A DNA stretch of 64,000 nt, taken from positions 22,874 through 86,873 of the forward strand of contig JACOXU010000002.1 in NCBI GenBank assembly GCA_016182185.1, given 5' to 3'. The notes beneath the pieces were generated by a model. That model was not told the origin of the DNA. It searched no databases and saw only the letters and a program-made list of their open reading frames with translations. The translations under genes were made by a program, and so were the position numbers. Shown piece after piece: positions 27,524 to 37,617 of this stretch. The DNA comes from Candidatus Levyibacteriota bacterium. GTDB lineage: Bacteria; Patescibacteriota; Microgenomatia; Levybacterales; UBA12049. Within the stretch, counting starts at the first letter, position 1, and each line of letters starts with the position of its first letter.

Positions 27524-28168
27524 TTGGCAAAAGCAACATCCGCTAAATTATTCTCAAAGAAAGAGGCAATCAAATTTGGATTTTCCTTCTTCAAAGAAAA
27601 TATCGTAACTTTCCTCAAGCTGGGAGTGGTAGTAATTTTGATCAATTTTGCTGCAAGCGCCATTACCGGCGGAGTGAAAGATAGTCCTATACGCTTTTTC
27701 TGGTCAATTATTTCAATTGTGATATCAATCGCCGTTCAAATCGGAATTACCAAAATAACGCTTGATCTTCACGATAAGAAGCCCCTTAATTTGTCTTATT
27801 TCTACACACTTTATCATCTTATCTTAAATTATTTTATAGCTTCAATTATCTATGGAGTTATCGTAATCGCTGGATTGATTCTTTTGATAGCCCCAGGAAT
27901 CATCTGGGCAATAAAATTCCAGTTTTACAGTTTTTTAATTGTAGACAAGGGGGTTGGAATTATGGATTCACTAAAACAAAGTTCAAAAATGACTGAAGGC
28001 GTGAAATTGAACTTACTTCTCTTTGGTGGACTACTAATTCTTATAAACATTCTTGGAGCGCTTGCCCTGGGCATTGGTCTTCTAGTAAGTATTCCAACTA
28101 GTCTTATGGCTACAGTTTACGTTTATCGCAAACTCCTTCCCAAAACTACTTCAGTCGAAACTTCTTGA
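27524..28168 (+). CDS. Polytopic membrane protein, hypothetical
   Basis: 214 aa with 5-6 hydrophobic segments; TTG start in the track. Confidence 0.4.
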   Translation: MAKATSAKLFSKKEAIKFGFSFFKENIVTFLKLGVVVILINFAASAITGGVKDSPIRFFWSIISIVISIAVQIGITKITLDLHDKKPLNLSYFYTLYHLILNYFIASIIYGVIVIAGLILLIAPGIIWAIKFQFYSFLIVDKGVGIMDSLKQSSKMTEGVKLNLLLFGGLLILINILGALALGIGLLVSIPTSLMATVYVYRKLLPKTTSVETS

Positions 28169-28183
28169 TGGTATAATAGCTTC

Positions 28184-29119
28184 ATGCATTCTGATCAGGA
28201 GAAGTTCGTTTTGATTGATGGCAATGCCATAGTTCACAGAGCTTATCATGTGATGCCCCCACTTACGCGCTCAGACGGCACTCCGACTGGGGCAGTTCAG
28301 GGGTTTTTTTCAATGGTTCTTAAAATCATTCAGGAGCTCAAGCCCGCTCATATTGCAATTGCTTTTGACAGTCCATCCCCAAATTTCCGAAAAGAACTCT
28401 TTAAAGACTATCAATCTCAACGGCCTGCGATGGAGAGTGATTTATCGCCTCAGTTCGGAATAATTCAAGGAATTCTTCAAAAGGCAAAAATCCCCATTTA
28501 TGCTGTTGATGGACTTGAAGCAGATGATATCATCGGCACAATTTCAGAGAAGGCCAAAGAAACAGGCCATCTGGTTTTTATTCTTACAGGAGACAGAGAC
28601 ATGCTTCAGCTTGTGAATCACAAAACCAGAGTCTTAGCACCTGTTAAGGGGATAACAGAAATGATTTTATATGACGAAGAAAAAGTCAAAGAAAAATATG
28701 GTATAGGGCCTAGTCAGTTTGTTGAACTTAAGGCTCTCGTGGGCGATAGCTCTGATAATTACCCCGGAGTTTCGGGTATTGGACCTAAGACTGCCTCAAA
28801 TCTCATTAGTGAATACGGTTCGATAGAAAATATTTACAAAAATATTGAAAAAATCAAAGCCAAAAACCCAAAACTGGCTGAAAAGCTTGAGGCAGGCAAA
28901 GATAATGCAAAACTTGCCCATCAGCTTGCAACAATTTTGGTAGATGCTCCTTTTAAATATGATTTTTCCGACTGTGATATGAAAAATTTGGATGTGGCGG
29001 GCTTTAGGGAGGCTCTGGAAAATTATGATTTTAAGACTCTGCCCAAAAGACTAGACGAAATTTTTACAAAGAACGGAATTGAAAAAATCACAGACAAACA
29101 GATCAAATTAATAGAATGA
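28184..29119 (+). CDS. Standalone 5'-3' exonuclease/flap endonuclease (PolI N-terminal domain-like)
   Basis: 'LIDGNAIVHRAYH' N-terminal motif and H3TH 'GDSSDNYPGVSGIGPKTA'; no polymerase domain. Confidence 0.8.
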   Translation: MHSDQEKFVLIDGNAIVHRAYHVMPPLTRSDGTPTGAVQGFFSMVLKIIQELKPAHIAIAFDSPSPNFRKELFKDYQSQRPAMESDLSPQFGIIQGILQKAKIPIYAVDGLEADDIIGTISEKAKETGHLVFILTGDRDMLQLVNHKTRVLAPVKGITEMILYDEEKVKEKYGIGPSQFVELKALVGDSSDNYPGVSGIGPKTASNLISEYGSIENIYKNIEKIKAKNPKLAEKLEAGKDNAKLAHQLATILVDAPFKYDFSDCDMKNLDVAGFREALENYDFKTLPKRLDEIFTKNGIEKITDKQIKLIE

Positions 29120-30321
29120 GGGTTGCGCTTGTCCATGATTATATCAAGGAATATGGCGGGGCAGAGAGAGTCCTTGAGGCCTTGCATGAGATTTATCCTG
29201 ATGCTCCTGTTTTTACATCTTTGTACATTCCGGAATTTTTAGGGCCACATCGAGAAAGATTTGAAAACTGGGATATAAGAACTTCAATTGCTCAATTTTT
29301 ACCATTTAAGGCAAAACTAATAAGCCCTCTTCGAATTATTGCACCATTATTATTTAAGTCCTTTGATTTTTCAGATTTTGATGTTGTAATTGTTTCTGCG
29401 ACCGGCGCTTATAATCCAAATATTATCAGCAAAAAAATTGCAGTCCAAATTTGCTACTGTCATACTCCGCCTCGTTATCTCTATGGTTTTGCAACAGCCC
29501 GGGAGTGGAAAAATAATGTTATTTTTAGAGTATTAGGAGAATTGGCAAATCATTTTTTAAGACTGGTTGACTTCAGGAGCGCGCAAAATGTAGATTTTTT
29601 CATTGCTAATTCTCAGAATGTGGCAGCCAGAGTCAGGAAATTTTACAGAAAAAATTCAACTGTAATTTACCCGCCGGTAGGGTTGAGCGCTGAGGTCGCT
29701 TCCAAAAATTTTCGTGTTCACAACGCGGGCAAAATTTCTGATTCAGACAAGGCTAATGGCGCAAATGCTCACAGCGAAAATTTTGAGATCTCCCCGCGCT
29801 CATACTATTTGACAGGCGGTAGGCTTGCGAGGCCCAAGCATATAGACTTGATAGTAGAAACTTGTGCTAAATTAAACTTATCATTAAAAGTTTTCGGTAG
29901 GGGGTTTGCTGGTTTTGAGGAGGAAATTAAAAATAAAATATTAAATATCAAAAATACAAATAAAAAATCAAAAATTGAATTTCTTGGAGAAATTAAAGAC
30001 AATATAAAGTTAGAATTAATGAGAAATGCCAAGGCTTTCATAATTGCAGCAGAGGATGAGGATTTTGGCATTACTCCGGTTGAAGCGATGAGCGTAGGAA
30101 CGCCTGTGATAGCATATAGATCGGGTGGAGTTTTAGAATCTATTATTGCGGAAAGAACGGGTCTTTTTTTCAACGAATTGAGCATCGACCATTTATCTAA
30201 GGCAATAAAACAATTTAACAATTTAACAATTAGGCCTGAAGATTGTATTTTTCAGGCCCAAAAATTCTCAAAAGAAAGATTCAAAAAAGAAATTAGCGCT
30301 TTTGTAGAAAATAAAATATAA
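29116..30321 (+). CDS. Glycosyltransferase family 4
   Basis: GT-B fold with 'EDFGITPVEAMSVGTPVIA' (E-x7-E region). Contains an in-frame GC-rich insert of about 40 aa (see 29685-29804). Confidence 0.75.
   Translation: MRVALVHDYIKEYGGAERVLEALHEIYPDAPVFTSLYIPEFLGPHRERFENWDIRTSIAQFLPFKAKLISPLRIIAPLLFKSFDFSDFDVVIVSATGAYNPNIISKKIAVQICYCHTPPRYLYGFATAREWKNNVIFRVLGELANHFLRLVDFRSAQNVDFFIANSQNVAARVRKFYRKNSTVIYPPVGLSAEVASKNFRVHNAGKISDSDKANGANAHSENFEISPRSYYLTGGRLARPKHIDLIVETCAKLNLSLKVFGRGFAGFEEEIKNKILNIKNTNKKSKIEFLGEIKDNIKLELMRNAKAFIIAAEDEDFGITPVEAMSVGTPVIAYRSGGVLESIIAERTGLFFNELSIDHLSKAIKQFNNLTIRPEDCIFQAQKFSKERFKKEISAFVENKI
29685..29804. repeat. GC-rich palindromic element inserted in-frame in the GT4 gene (copy B)
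   Basis: 120 nt (40 codons). Starts TGAGCGCTGAGGTCGCT and ends CCCCGCGCTCATA. The termini are inverted repeats (tgagcgc...gcgctca) and there is an internal palindrome ccaaaaattttcg/cgaaaattttgag. Confidence 0.4.
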
Positions 30322-30330
30322 TTTAATTTT

Positions 30331-31596
30331 ATGCCAAAGATTTTAAAAAACCATCAGTTTCTACGTCTTTGGGGCAATCAGGTTCTTCTTCAAGTCGCTT
30401 TTAATATGTGCAATTTTTCGGCTCTCCTTATCCTGGCCGACAGAACCCACTCGCCTTTTATTCAGGCCCAATTTTACACAGCGCTTATACTGCCGGCCAT
30501 CCTTTTCGGGCTTATAGCAGGACCGATAGTTGACATGACCAATCGTAAACAGCTGATACTTCTTACCGATTTTCTTCTGGCGCTTCTATTTTTCTCTTAT
30601 ATTTTTATGGATGGGAAAATTTGGCTTGCCTTCCTGATTGCTTTTCTAACATCCTCAGTCGCCAGATTTTTTACTCCAGCAGAAGCAGCCTCAATTCCAC
30701 TTATTGTTGAGAAAGAGACTTTAAATCACGCAAATACTTTTTTCCTCTTTACGCTAATGGGGTCTGTGCTTTTGGGTTATGCCATTGCAGGACCTGTAAT
30801 GCAGCTTTTTGGAGGATTAGGGACAGATGGGGAATATGCCCCTTTTATATTAGGCAGTATAATTTTGGCGATTGGTTTTATTTTGATGTGGGGAATGCCA
30901 CATATTGAAACGGTAAAGCCCAAGCTTTCAGAAGGATCAGTCGTCGGGAAAACATTTATTTTGTTCTGGCAGACGATTCAGGAGGTAAAGACCAATAAAA
31001 GAGTTTCGCTTCCCATTGCCATTCTTGTCTTTATCGAACTTATGGTGGGGCTTATGAGCATCATGCTTCTTGAATATATAAGAAGATATGTTCAGCTACC
31101 TCTGACATCCATAAGCTACGTTCTGATGGGACCATTGGTATTTGGTTTAATTATTGGAATACTTCTTTTAGTCAAAGTCGAGAAATTATACGGGGCTAGA
31201 AGGTCAATCTTTCGGGGTATTGTGGGTACCGGAGCACTCCTTTTTGTCATGGGGATAACGCCAATAATAGTTGATAAATTTGGATTTGATATTTCATTTG
31301 TCAGATTCATGTTGATCGGAGCTTCTTTCGTGATGGGAATTCTTGTGGTCTTGGTTGCAGTGCAGTCAAGAACAATTCTACAGACAAGCAGCAGGCAAGA
31401 AATGCATGGCAGAATTTTTTCTTTTCTAGATATTATGATTGCCTTTGTGACTCCGATACCGGTCCTTATTATGGGATTTTTGGCAGACAAGGTGAGTCTT
31501 TTAGCAACACTTATGTCCATAGGCTTTGTTATAATGCTCTTGACTTATCTAGGCTACGTATTTATATATAAAAGAGACAATGGATATAAATCATAA
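30331..31596 (+). CDS. MFS transporter
   Basis: 421 aa with about 12 predicted TM segments in a 6+6 arrangement. Confidence 0.65.
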   Translation: MPKILKNHQFLRLWGNQVLLQVAFNMCNFSALLILADRTHSPFIQAQFYTALILPAILFGLIAGPIVDMTNRKQLILLTDFLLALLFFSYIFMDGKIWLAFLIAFLTSSVARFFTPAEAASIPLIVEKETLNHANTFFLFTLMGSVLLGYAIAGPVMQLFGGLGTDGEYAPFILGSIILAIGFILMWGMPHIETVKPKLSEGSVVGKTFILFWQTIQEVKTNKRVSLPIAILVFIELMVGLMSIMLLEYIRRYVQLPLTSISYVLMGPLVFGLIIGILLLVKVEKLYGARRSIFRGIVGTGALLFVMGITPIIVDKFGFDISFVRFMLIGASFVMGILVVLVAVQSRTILQTSSRQEMHGRIFSFLDIMIAFVTPIPVLIMGFLADKVSLLATLMSIGFVIMLLTYLGYVFIYKRDNGYKS

Positions 31597-32641
31597 CAGC
31601 GAAACTGAAAGTGTAGCATTCCAAGAATTTAATTCAGCAGAAAGAGGAGCGAAAAAATCTGTTGAAGTGAATGGAAAAAAATGGGAATATCTTGAGTATG
31701 GGAACCCAGACGGAATACCGATTTTAAATGTTCATGGATGGCTTGGTGCATCTGCGGAAGGGAATGAACTACTTTCAAAAGCACTTACAGGAGAAGTTCA
31801 GAATTCGGTAGGCTTACAGAATTTAGAAGAAAATGTTCCTAAGGGAGCGCAGAAAGTCAAAGATTTAGTTGGGGAAATAAAGGGTAAGTATCGTATTATT
31901 GCTCCGCAACTTCCTGGATTTGGGAAATCTGAGGCTATAGATGATCCGACTCTTGATAATATGGCAGATGAACTGAGCGTTTTTAGCCAAGCCGTCGATA
32001 TGGACAAGCCTGTTGTTTTCGGCTCTTCGATGGGAGGAATACTTGGTATAAAATTGGCAGCCAGGCATCCGGACGCATTAAGAGCACTTATAATTCAGGG
32101 GACAATGACTCAACCGACAGATATGAACAGTAGAGAGTACATTCTGTCAAGAGTAGCAACTTTCCCACCAATAAAAATGGCGGTTGAAAATATCCCCTTT
32201 TTAGCAAATTTTGCAAAAGAAAGACTATTTAAACCAGGGATTCAAGGGAATAAAGACTTCAAATTAGCTACTCCCGAGAATCAAGAATTGATGCTAAGAG
32301 ATGTAGGGAATACAGATCCAAAAACTGCCCTCTCTACTCTTAGGGGGATTGGGAGTCATCTGGAGGGAGATATAGATAGAGTAACAGTTCCAGTCGTGGT
32401 TTTGGATGGAACTGCAGGAGACCTTGTGCCTATCGTAAAAAGCAAAGATATTGCGGGAAGGTTTCATAGACAAGATGAAGACAATAGGGAGAATCTTAGA
32501 AAAAACATTATTGATAGAAGGACTATGTATTTCCAAATTGGCGGAGTGGCGGGTGAACATGGTCATAGTGTCATTAATTCAGCCCCTGAAGAAGTTGCGG
32601 TTTTAATTAATCATGCAGTAAGTAATTATTTTAAAGTTTAA
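31580..32641 (+). CDS. Alpha/beta-hydrolase fold protein
   Basis: Nucleophile elbow 'GSSMGG'; 'HGW' oxyanion region. Confidence 0.55.
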   Translation: MDINHNSETESVAFQEFNSAERGAKKSVEVNGKKWEYLEYGNPDGIPILNVHGWLGASAEGNELLSKALTGEVQNSVGLQNLEENVPKGAQKVKDLVGEIKGKYRIIAPQLPGFGKSEAIDDPTLDNMADELSVFSQAVDMDKPVVFGSSMGGILGIKLAARHPDALRALIIQGTMTQPTDMNSREYILSRVATFPPIKMAVENIPFLANFAKERLFKPGIQGNKDFKLATPENQELMLRDVGNTDPKTALSTLRGIGSHLEGDIDRVTVPVVVLDGTAGDLVPIVKSKDIAGRFHRQDEDNRENLRKNIIDRRTMYFQIGGVAGEHGHSVINSAPEEVAVLINHAVSNYFKV

Positions 32642-32643
32642 TT

Positions 32644-33486
32644 ATGCCGGAGTTACCAGAAGTAGAAACACTTAAGCTAGGTCTTCAAAAATATCTCGTC
32701 GGACACAAAATTTTAGGCCTTGAAATAAAGGACAAAAAGCTTTTTGAGGGAATAGAGAAAAATGCAGTCGGCGCGAAGATTGTGGAAATAAGAAGATTCG
32801 GTAAAGGTTTGTTAATTGATCTAGACAATGATTATTCAATTGCGATTCATGTAAAACTCACCGGACAGTTAGTCTTCAGAGACAAAAAGACCAAAAACCT
32901 ACCAATTGCAAAGCCGATTACCAGCACATTGCCGAATAAGTTCACTCGAGCAATTTTTGTGCTGGATAAAGATTCGTCTCTTTATTTTAATGATGTGAGG
33001 CGATTTGCCTGGATGAAGATACTTAAAACAGAAGAGGTTAAGAAATTGCCATTTTTCCGCGAACTTGGTCCGGAGCCTTTTGATGGTCTAACATCTGAGA
33101 TTTTTAGAAAAATTGTGAATATTTCCGGTTCTCCAATTAAAGTTTTGCTAATGGATCAGAAAAGAATCGGGGGAATAGGGAATATTTATGCCAATGACGG
33201 ACTTTTCGATGCAGGGATTAGCCCCAAAAGACCTGCTAAATCCTTATCCGATGAAGAAATAAAAAAGCTTTATAGTTCAATTTTAAAAGTTTTAGAAAAG
33301 GGTCTTAAATACCATGGTTCATCCGATCTTAATTTTGTCGATGTCTTGGGTCAGACAGGAGAGTATCAACAGCACTTTCTGGTTTACGGGCGAAAGGGAA
33401 AGAAATGCAAAAGATGTGATGGAATTATTCAAAGGATAAGCCTAGGCGGCCGCGGCACATTCTACTGTCCCAATTGTCAAAAATAA
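32644..33486 (+). CDS. mutM: Formamidopyrimidine-DNA glycosylase (Fpg/Nei family)
   Basis: 'MPELPEVET' catalytic N-terminus and C-terminal zinc finger 'CKRCDG...CPNCQ'. Confidence 0.85.
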   Translation: MPELPEVETLKLGLQKYLVGHKILGLEIKDKKLFEGIEKNAVGAKIVEIRRFGKGLLIDLDNDYSIAIHVKLTGQLVFRDKKTKNLPIAKPITSTLPNKFTRAIFVLDKDSSLYFNDVRRFAWMKILKTEEVKKLPFFRELGPEPFDGLTSEIFRKIVNISGSPIKVLLMDQKRIGGIGNIYANDGLFDAGISPKRPAKSLSDEEIKKLYSSILKVLEKGLKYHGSSDLNFVDVLGQTGEYQQHFLVYGRKGKKCKRCDGIIQRISLGGRGTFYCPNCQK

Positions 33487-33573
33487 AATTCTCCCTCTTG
33501 CATAAAAATGTATGAAATTATAGCATAAATTAGTGTATTGTTTTTTCGACAACCAAGTGGTATTATTAGTCTC

Positions 33574-33595
33574 TAGCACTATGTGCTAGTTTTTT
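33574..33595 (+). terminator. Hairpin plus T-tract, likely terminator of mutM
   Basis: ctagcac-tat-gtgctag followed by TTTTTT; ends 1 nt before the next ORF's first ATG. Confidence 0.4.
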
Positions 33596-34303
33596 ATGGG
33601 CAATAACCATCGGGAAAAGATCGTAATGTCCATTGGGGGCTCCCTCATCGTACCAAACGGAGGGATTAATATAGAGTTTCTTAAGAAGCTTAATACGTTC
33701 GTTCGAGAACAACTGGCGAAAGACAACAATCGCCAGTTTTTTTTAGTCGCAGGAGGCGGATCAATCTCAAGACATTACCGTGATGCAGGAAGAGAAGTGG
33801 TGGGACACGAGCTGACCAAAGAAGATATGGATTGGCTGGGAATTCATACGACCAAATTAAACGCCCACTTAATCCGTACAATTTTCAGAGACATTGCTCA
33901 CCCTTATGTGCTTAAGCACTACGAGATCATAAGGAAAGTGACAGAGCCGGTGGTAGTCGCGGCAGGCTGGAAGCCTGGCTGGTCTACTGATTTTTGCGCT
34001 GCCATGGTTTGCGAGGATTACAATATAAAAACACTTATTAATTTGACAAATATTGATATGGTCTATGATAGTGATCCAAATCAGAATAAGAATGCTAAGC
34101 CAATCAAAAAGACCAACTGGGAAGACTTCAGGAAAATTGTAGGGGATAAATGGGTGCCTGGAATGAATGCTCCTTTTGATCCGGTTGCTTCTAAGAAAGC
34201 ACAGGAGTTGGGAATAAAAGTAGTTGTTCTGAGAGGGGATGACTTTGATAACCTTAATAAATACTTCAACGGAGAAAAATTCGTAGGAACTGTGATAGAA
34301 TAA
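33596..34303 (+). CDS. pyrH: UMP kinase, archaeal-like amino-acid-kinase family
   Basis: 'MSIGGSLIV', 'FLVAGGGSISRHY' and 'GIHTTKLNAHL' fit UMPK motifs. The real start may be the internal ATG at 33626. Confidence 0.6.
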   Translation: MGNNHREKIVMSIGGSLIVPNGGINIEFLKKLNTFVREQLAKDNNRQFFLVAGGGSISRHYRDAGREVVGHELTKEDMDWLGIHTTKLNAHLIRTIFRDIAHPYVLKHYEIIRKVTEPVVVAAGWKPGWSTDFCAAMVCEDYNIKTLINLTNIDMVYDSDPNQNKNAKPIKKTNWEDFRKIVGDKWVPGMNAPFDPVASKKAQELGIKVVVLRGDDFDNLNKYFNGEKFVGTVIE

Positions 34304-34324
34304 CTCTGCCTTTTCTTTTGTTCC

Positions 34325-35407
34325 ATGTTTCTTAAAAGCCTCAGGCTTACCAATTTCAGAAATTACGCCAAATCAGAATTTGAATTTAATTCGGATACTA
34401 TACTTATAGTAGGTCCTAATACTTCGGGCAAGACTAATTTTGCGGAAGGTATTTTTTTTCTTTCAGTAGGAAGAAGTTTCAGAGCAGAGAAGGATGGGGA
34501 GAGTGTAAGCTTTGGTAAAGAAGTCGCACATATTACAGGTACTGTTGTTTTTTCAAAAGAAGGAAAGATTGAGGATGGAACAAAACTCGAAGTTGCGATA
34601 CAAAAAGGCGATGAAGATGGGACTGCACGGAAAAAATATAAAGTCAATGGAGTTGCCAAAAGAAGGCTTGATTTTGCAGGGAATTTAGTCTCCGTACTTT
34701 TTCTTCCTGAGCATCTCGATATTATTATTGATTCTCCCTCCCTTCGCAGAAATTTTCTTGACAATGTACTTGAACAGGTGGACAGAGACTATAGAGCTGC
34801 AACAATTTCATTCACAAAAGGACTTAGACAAAGAAATGCACTTTTGGATCACGCACGTGAGTCAGGTATAAGGAATGAAAAACAATTTGAGTATTGGGAC
34901 AATCTCTTAATAGAAAGCGGTTCGATAATTACTCAAAAAAGAGAAGAATTTATCACGTTCATAAATGATTCCAGAAAAGACATTTTTGATTTTGCAGTTT
35001 TCTACGATAAAAGTGTTATTTCAAAAGCACGTTTATTACAATACAAAGAAGCAGAAGCCTCATCTGGTGTAACTTTGGTTGGTCCTCACAGAGATGATGT
35101 ATCTTTCCATATGTACAATAACACGAGAAGAACGACGCACGATATAAAACAATTCGGTTCAAGAGGGCAGCAGCGTTTGACCATTTTACAATTGAAGCTT
35201 ATAGAACTTACTTTTATAGAATCAACTATTGGACAAAGACCAATCCTGGTTCTTGATGATATATTTTCGGAGCTTGATCAAGATCATATAAAGCTGGTTC
35301 TTGAGGAGATTCATGGACAGCAAACCATACTTACCGCAACCCACAAGGAATTTTTTGATTCACAGTTTTTGAAAAAGGCTGGTGTGATAGAATTGAAACT
35401 GAAATGA
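34325..35407 (+). CDS. recF: DNA replication and repair protein RecF
   Basis: 'LRLTNFRNY' and Walker A 'GPNTSGKTN'; C-terminal 'LVLDDIFSELD' Walker B/signature region. Confidence 0.8.
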   Translation: MFLKSLRLTNFRNYAKSEFEFNSDTILIVGPNTSGKTNFAEGIFFLSVGRSFRAEKDGESVSFGKEVAHITGTVVFSKEGKIEDGTKLEVAIQKGDEDGTARKKYKVNGVAKRRLDFAGNLVSVLFLPEHLDIIIDSPSLRRNFLDNVLEQVDRDYRAATISFTKGLRQRNALLDHARESGIRNEKQFEYWDNLLIESGSIITQKREEFITFINDSRKDIFDFAVFYDKSVISKARLLQYKEAEASSGVTLVGPHRDDVSFHMYNNTRRTTHDIKQFGSRGQQRLTILQLKLIELTFIESTIGQRPILVLDDIFSELDQDHIKLVLEEIHGQQTILTATHKEFFDSQFLKKAGVIELKLK

Positions 35408-36222
35408 ATCAATTTAATTTAAGTGATCTTAAAAAGCTTTATGTTCCGCCTCCGTCCTCTCACAAGGGACAAAATGGAAAAGTTTTGATAATTGCTGGGT
35501 CAAAACTTTTCCATGCTGCATCTTTGTGGCCGCTTAAGATAGTTTCCCGAATTGTAGATATGACTTATTATTCATCTGTTGTTGAAAACAATAAGATAGT
35601 CCAGAAAGCCAAGCAAGAATTTCGTGATGGAATAGTTGTTCCCAGAGAGAAGGTCGAAGATTATATAAATGAAGCCGATTGCGTATTAATTGGCCCGGGT
35701 CTTCCCAGAAAAGACGGGCAGGAAAAAGGAGATGATGATACAAAACAGTTATCCGAGAAGCTTTTGAAAAAATTCCCAAACAAAAAATGGATAATTGACG
35801 GAGGGAGCCTGCAGACGATTGATCCTAAAATTATTCCTCAAAACTCTATTGCCACGCCGCATCATGGAGAATTTAAAAAACTTTTTAAAATAGGACCTAC
35901 ATCTGAGAATGTGGCAAAAATGGCAAAAAAATTTAAATGTGTAATTTTGCTCAAGGGTCAAGCAGATATAGTTTGTGATAAAAATAAGTGTGTGGTTATT
36001 GAAGGTGGTAATGCAGGTATGACCAAAGGCGGAACCGGAGACGTTTTGGCAGGATTAGTAGCAGCTTTATATTGCAAAAACGATGCATTCTTATCCGCTT
36101 GCGCAGGATCGTATATCAATAAAAAAGCAGGGGAAAGTTTGTATAAAAGAGTAGGTTATTATTTCAATTCCTCAGATTTGGTCGAAGAAATTCCAAAAGT
36201 AATGAAGGAATTAATTCTCTGA
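35404..36222 (+). CDS. ADP-dependent NAD(P)H-hydrate dehydratase (YjeF C-terminal domain)
   Basis: 'KGQNGKVLIIAGS', 'IGPGL' and 'GTGDVLAG' ribokinase-like motifs. Confidence 0.7.
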   Translation: MNQFNLSDLKKLYVPPPSSHKGQNGKVLIIAGSKLFHAASLWPLKIVSRIVDMTYYSSVVENNKIVQKAKQEFRDGIVVPREKVEDYINEADCVLIGPGLPRKDGQEKGDDDTKQLSEKLLKKFPNKKWIIDGGSLQTIDPKIIPQNSIATPHHGEFKKLFKIGPTSENVAKMAKKFKCVILLKGQADIVCDKNKCVVIEGGNAGMTKGGTGDVLAGLVAALYCKNDAFLSACAGSYINKKAGESLYKRVGYYFNSSDLVEEIPKVMKELIL

Positions 36223-36492
36223 TTCTTTTTGGAGGCGTTGCGATAAGCGGGAAATCTGCATCGTCACAAAAACAGCCAAAAAAGTGACTATCAGTGCATA
36301 AATCAGAAGAGAGATAATTCCTGAATTTCCCGGAAGCCATTTCTTGACATAAGTATTTACAACTTCCTGAATGAGACTATTCCACGCAAGAGCAGCCACC
36401 AGTCCAAAACCGCTGGTTGAGAGTGTAACCATCTGTCGTATTACCTCAACATGCAGTCTTTTTTCTTCTTTTGTTTCCTCTTTCTCCGCCAT
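36211..36492 (-). CDS. Small two-TM membrane protein, hypothetical
   Basis: 93 aa; lies between convergent and divergent neighbours. Confidence 0.35.
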   Translation of the reverse strand: MAEKEETKEEKRLHVEVIRQMVTLSTSGFGLVAALAWNSLIQEVVNTYVKKWLPGNSGIISLLIYALIVTFLAVFVTMQISRLSQRLQKESEN

Positions 36493-36543
36493 AAGTATAT
36501 TATAGCATTTTTCATTTCTCGGGAAATATGCGATAATTAATCC

Positions 36544-37617
36544 ATGTATTCTCCCCGCTTCACGATCACCAATAAGATCTTGAAGAATATAGGTGTCATC
36601 GAAGCCTCAAGAGAAATTATTGATAAAGCGCCTCTTCTTCCGTACTATGAAAAGAAATTTCAAGATGAAGCCTTGGTAAGAACTGTTCACTTTGGTACTC
36701 ATATTGAAGGAAACGAGCTTAATTTATCCCAAGCTGAAAAAGTCATGATGGGAGCAGATGTTGCTGCACGGGAACGTGATATTCAGGAGGTGCTCAATTA
36801 CAGGAAGGTTATAGAATATATCGGAGACTTAGGTGAAAAGCATGGAATGGAAGATGAAGAAAATAAAAAGAAGGAAATAGATGAAGAATTAATTAAATAT
36901 CTTCATAAATTAACTCTTAGAAAAATAATGCCCGATGAAAAAACAGGAAAATACAGAAAAACTCAGGTAGTAATAAAAAATAGTCAGACTGGTAAAGTTT
37001 CCTTCAGGCCACCCATGTCGGTGGCTGTTCCTTTCCAAATTAGGGAACTGATTGCATTTATAATAAGTCCGGAAGCAAAAGATATTCATCCGGTTTTGAA
37101 AAGCGGAATTGTTCACTATGAATTAGTGAGAATTCATCCCTTTTTGGATGGGAATGGCAGAGTTGCGAGAGCTCTTTCGACACTTATATTGTTTCTGGAG
37201 GGGTACGATATCAGAAAGTTCTTTTCATTGGAAGAATATTTTGACAGTGATTCGCAAAGATATTATGATGCTCTTCAAAGTGTTGAAAAAGATGATGGAG
37301 ATTTGACCCATTTGCTTGAATATTTTACTCAAGGCCTTTCCATTGAACTTTCCAAGGTAAAAGAAAAGGTTGAAAATATTTCAATAGATGCAAATCTGAG
37401 GGAGAGACTTGGGGGCAAACCGATTCTTCTCTCCGATCGGCAGATAAAATTAATTGAATACATTCAAAAGACAGGTTATTTACAGAATAAAGCCTTCCCG
37501 AGCCTTTTTCCTATGGTTTCTGAAGACACAATTTTGAATGAGTTGAAAGGACTTTTGAAGGCGGGTATAATCCGAAAACAGGGCGTTACCAAAGGCGCAA
37601 AATATATAATGGCTTAA
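36544..37617 (+). CDS. Fic-family protein (AMPylase-type), probably class II auto-inhibited
   Basis: Canonical 'HPFLDGNGRVARAL' Fic motif; N-terminal 'GTHIEGN' resembles the inhibitory (S/T)xxxE(G/N) helix; C-terminal winged-helix-like tail. Confidence 0.8.
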   Translation: MYSPRFTITNKILKNIGVIEASREIIDKAPLLPYYEKKFQDEALVRTVHFGTHIEGNELNLSQAEKVMMGADVAARERDIQEVLNYRKVIEYIGDLGEKHGMEDEENKKKEIDEELIKYLHKLTLRKIMPDEKTGKYRKTQVVIKNSQTGKVSFRPPMSVAVPFQIRELIAFIISPEAKDIHPVLKSGIVHYELVRIHPFLDGNGRVARALSTLILFLEGYDIRKFFSLEEYFDSDSQRYYDALQSVEKDDGDLTHLLEYFTQGLSIELSKVKEKVENISIDANLRERLGGKPILLSDRQIKLIEYIQKTGYLQNKAFPSLFPMVSEDTILNELKGLLKAGIIRKQGVTKGAKYIMA

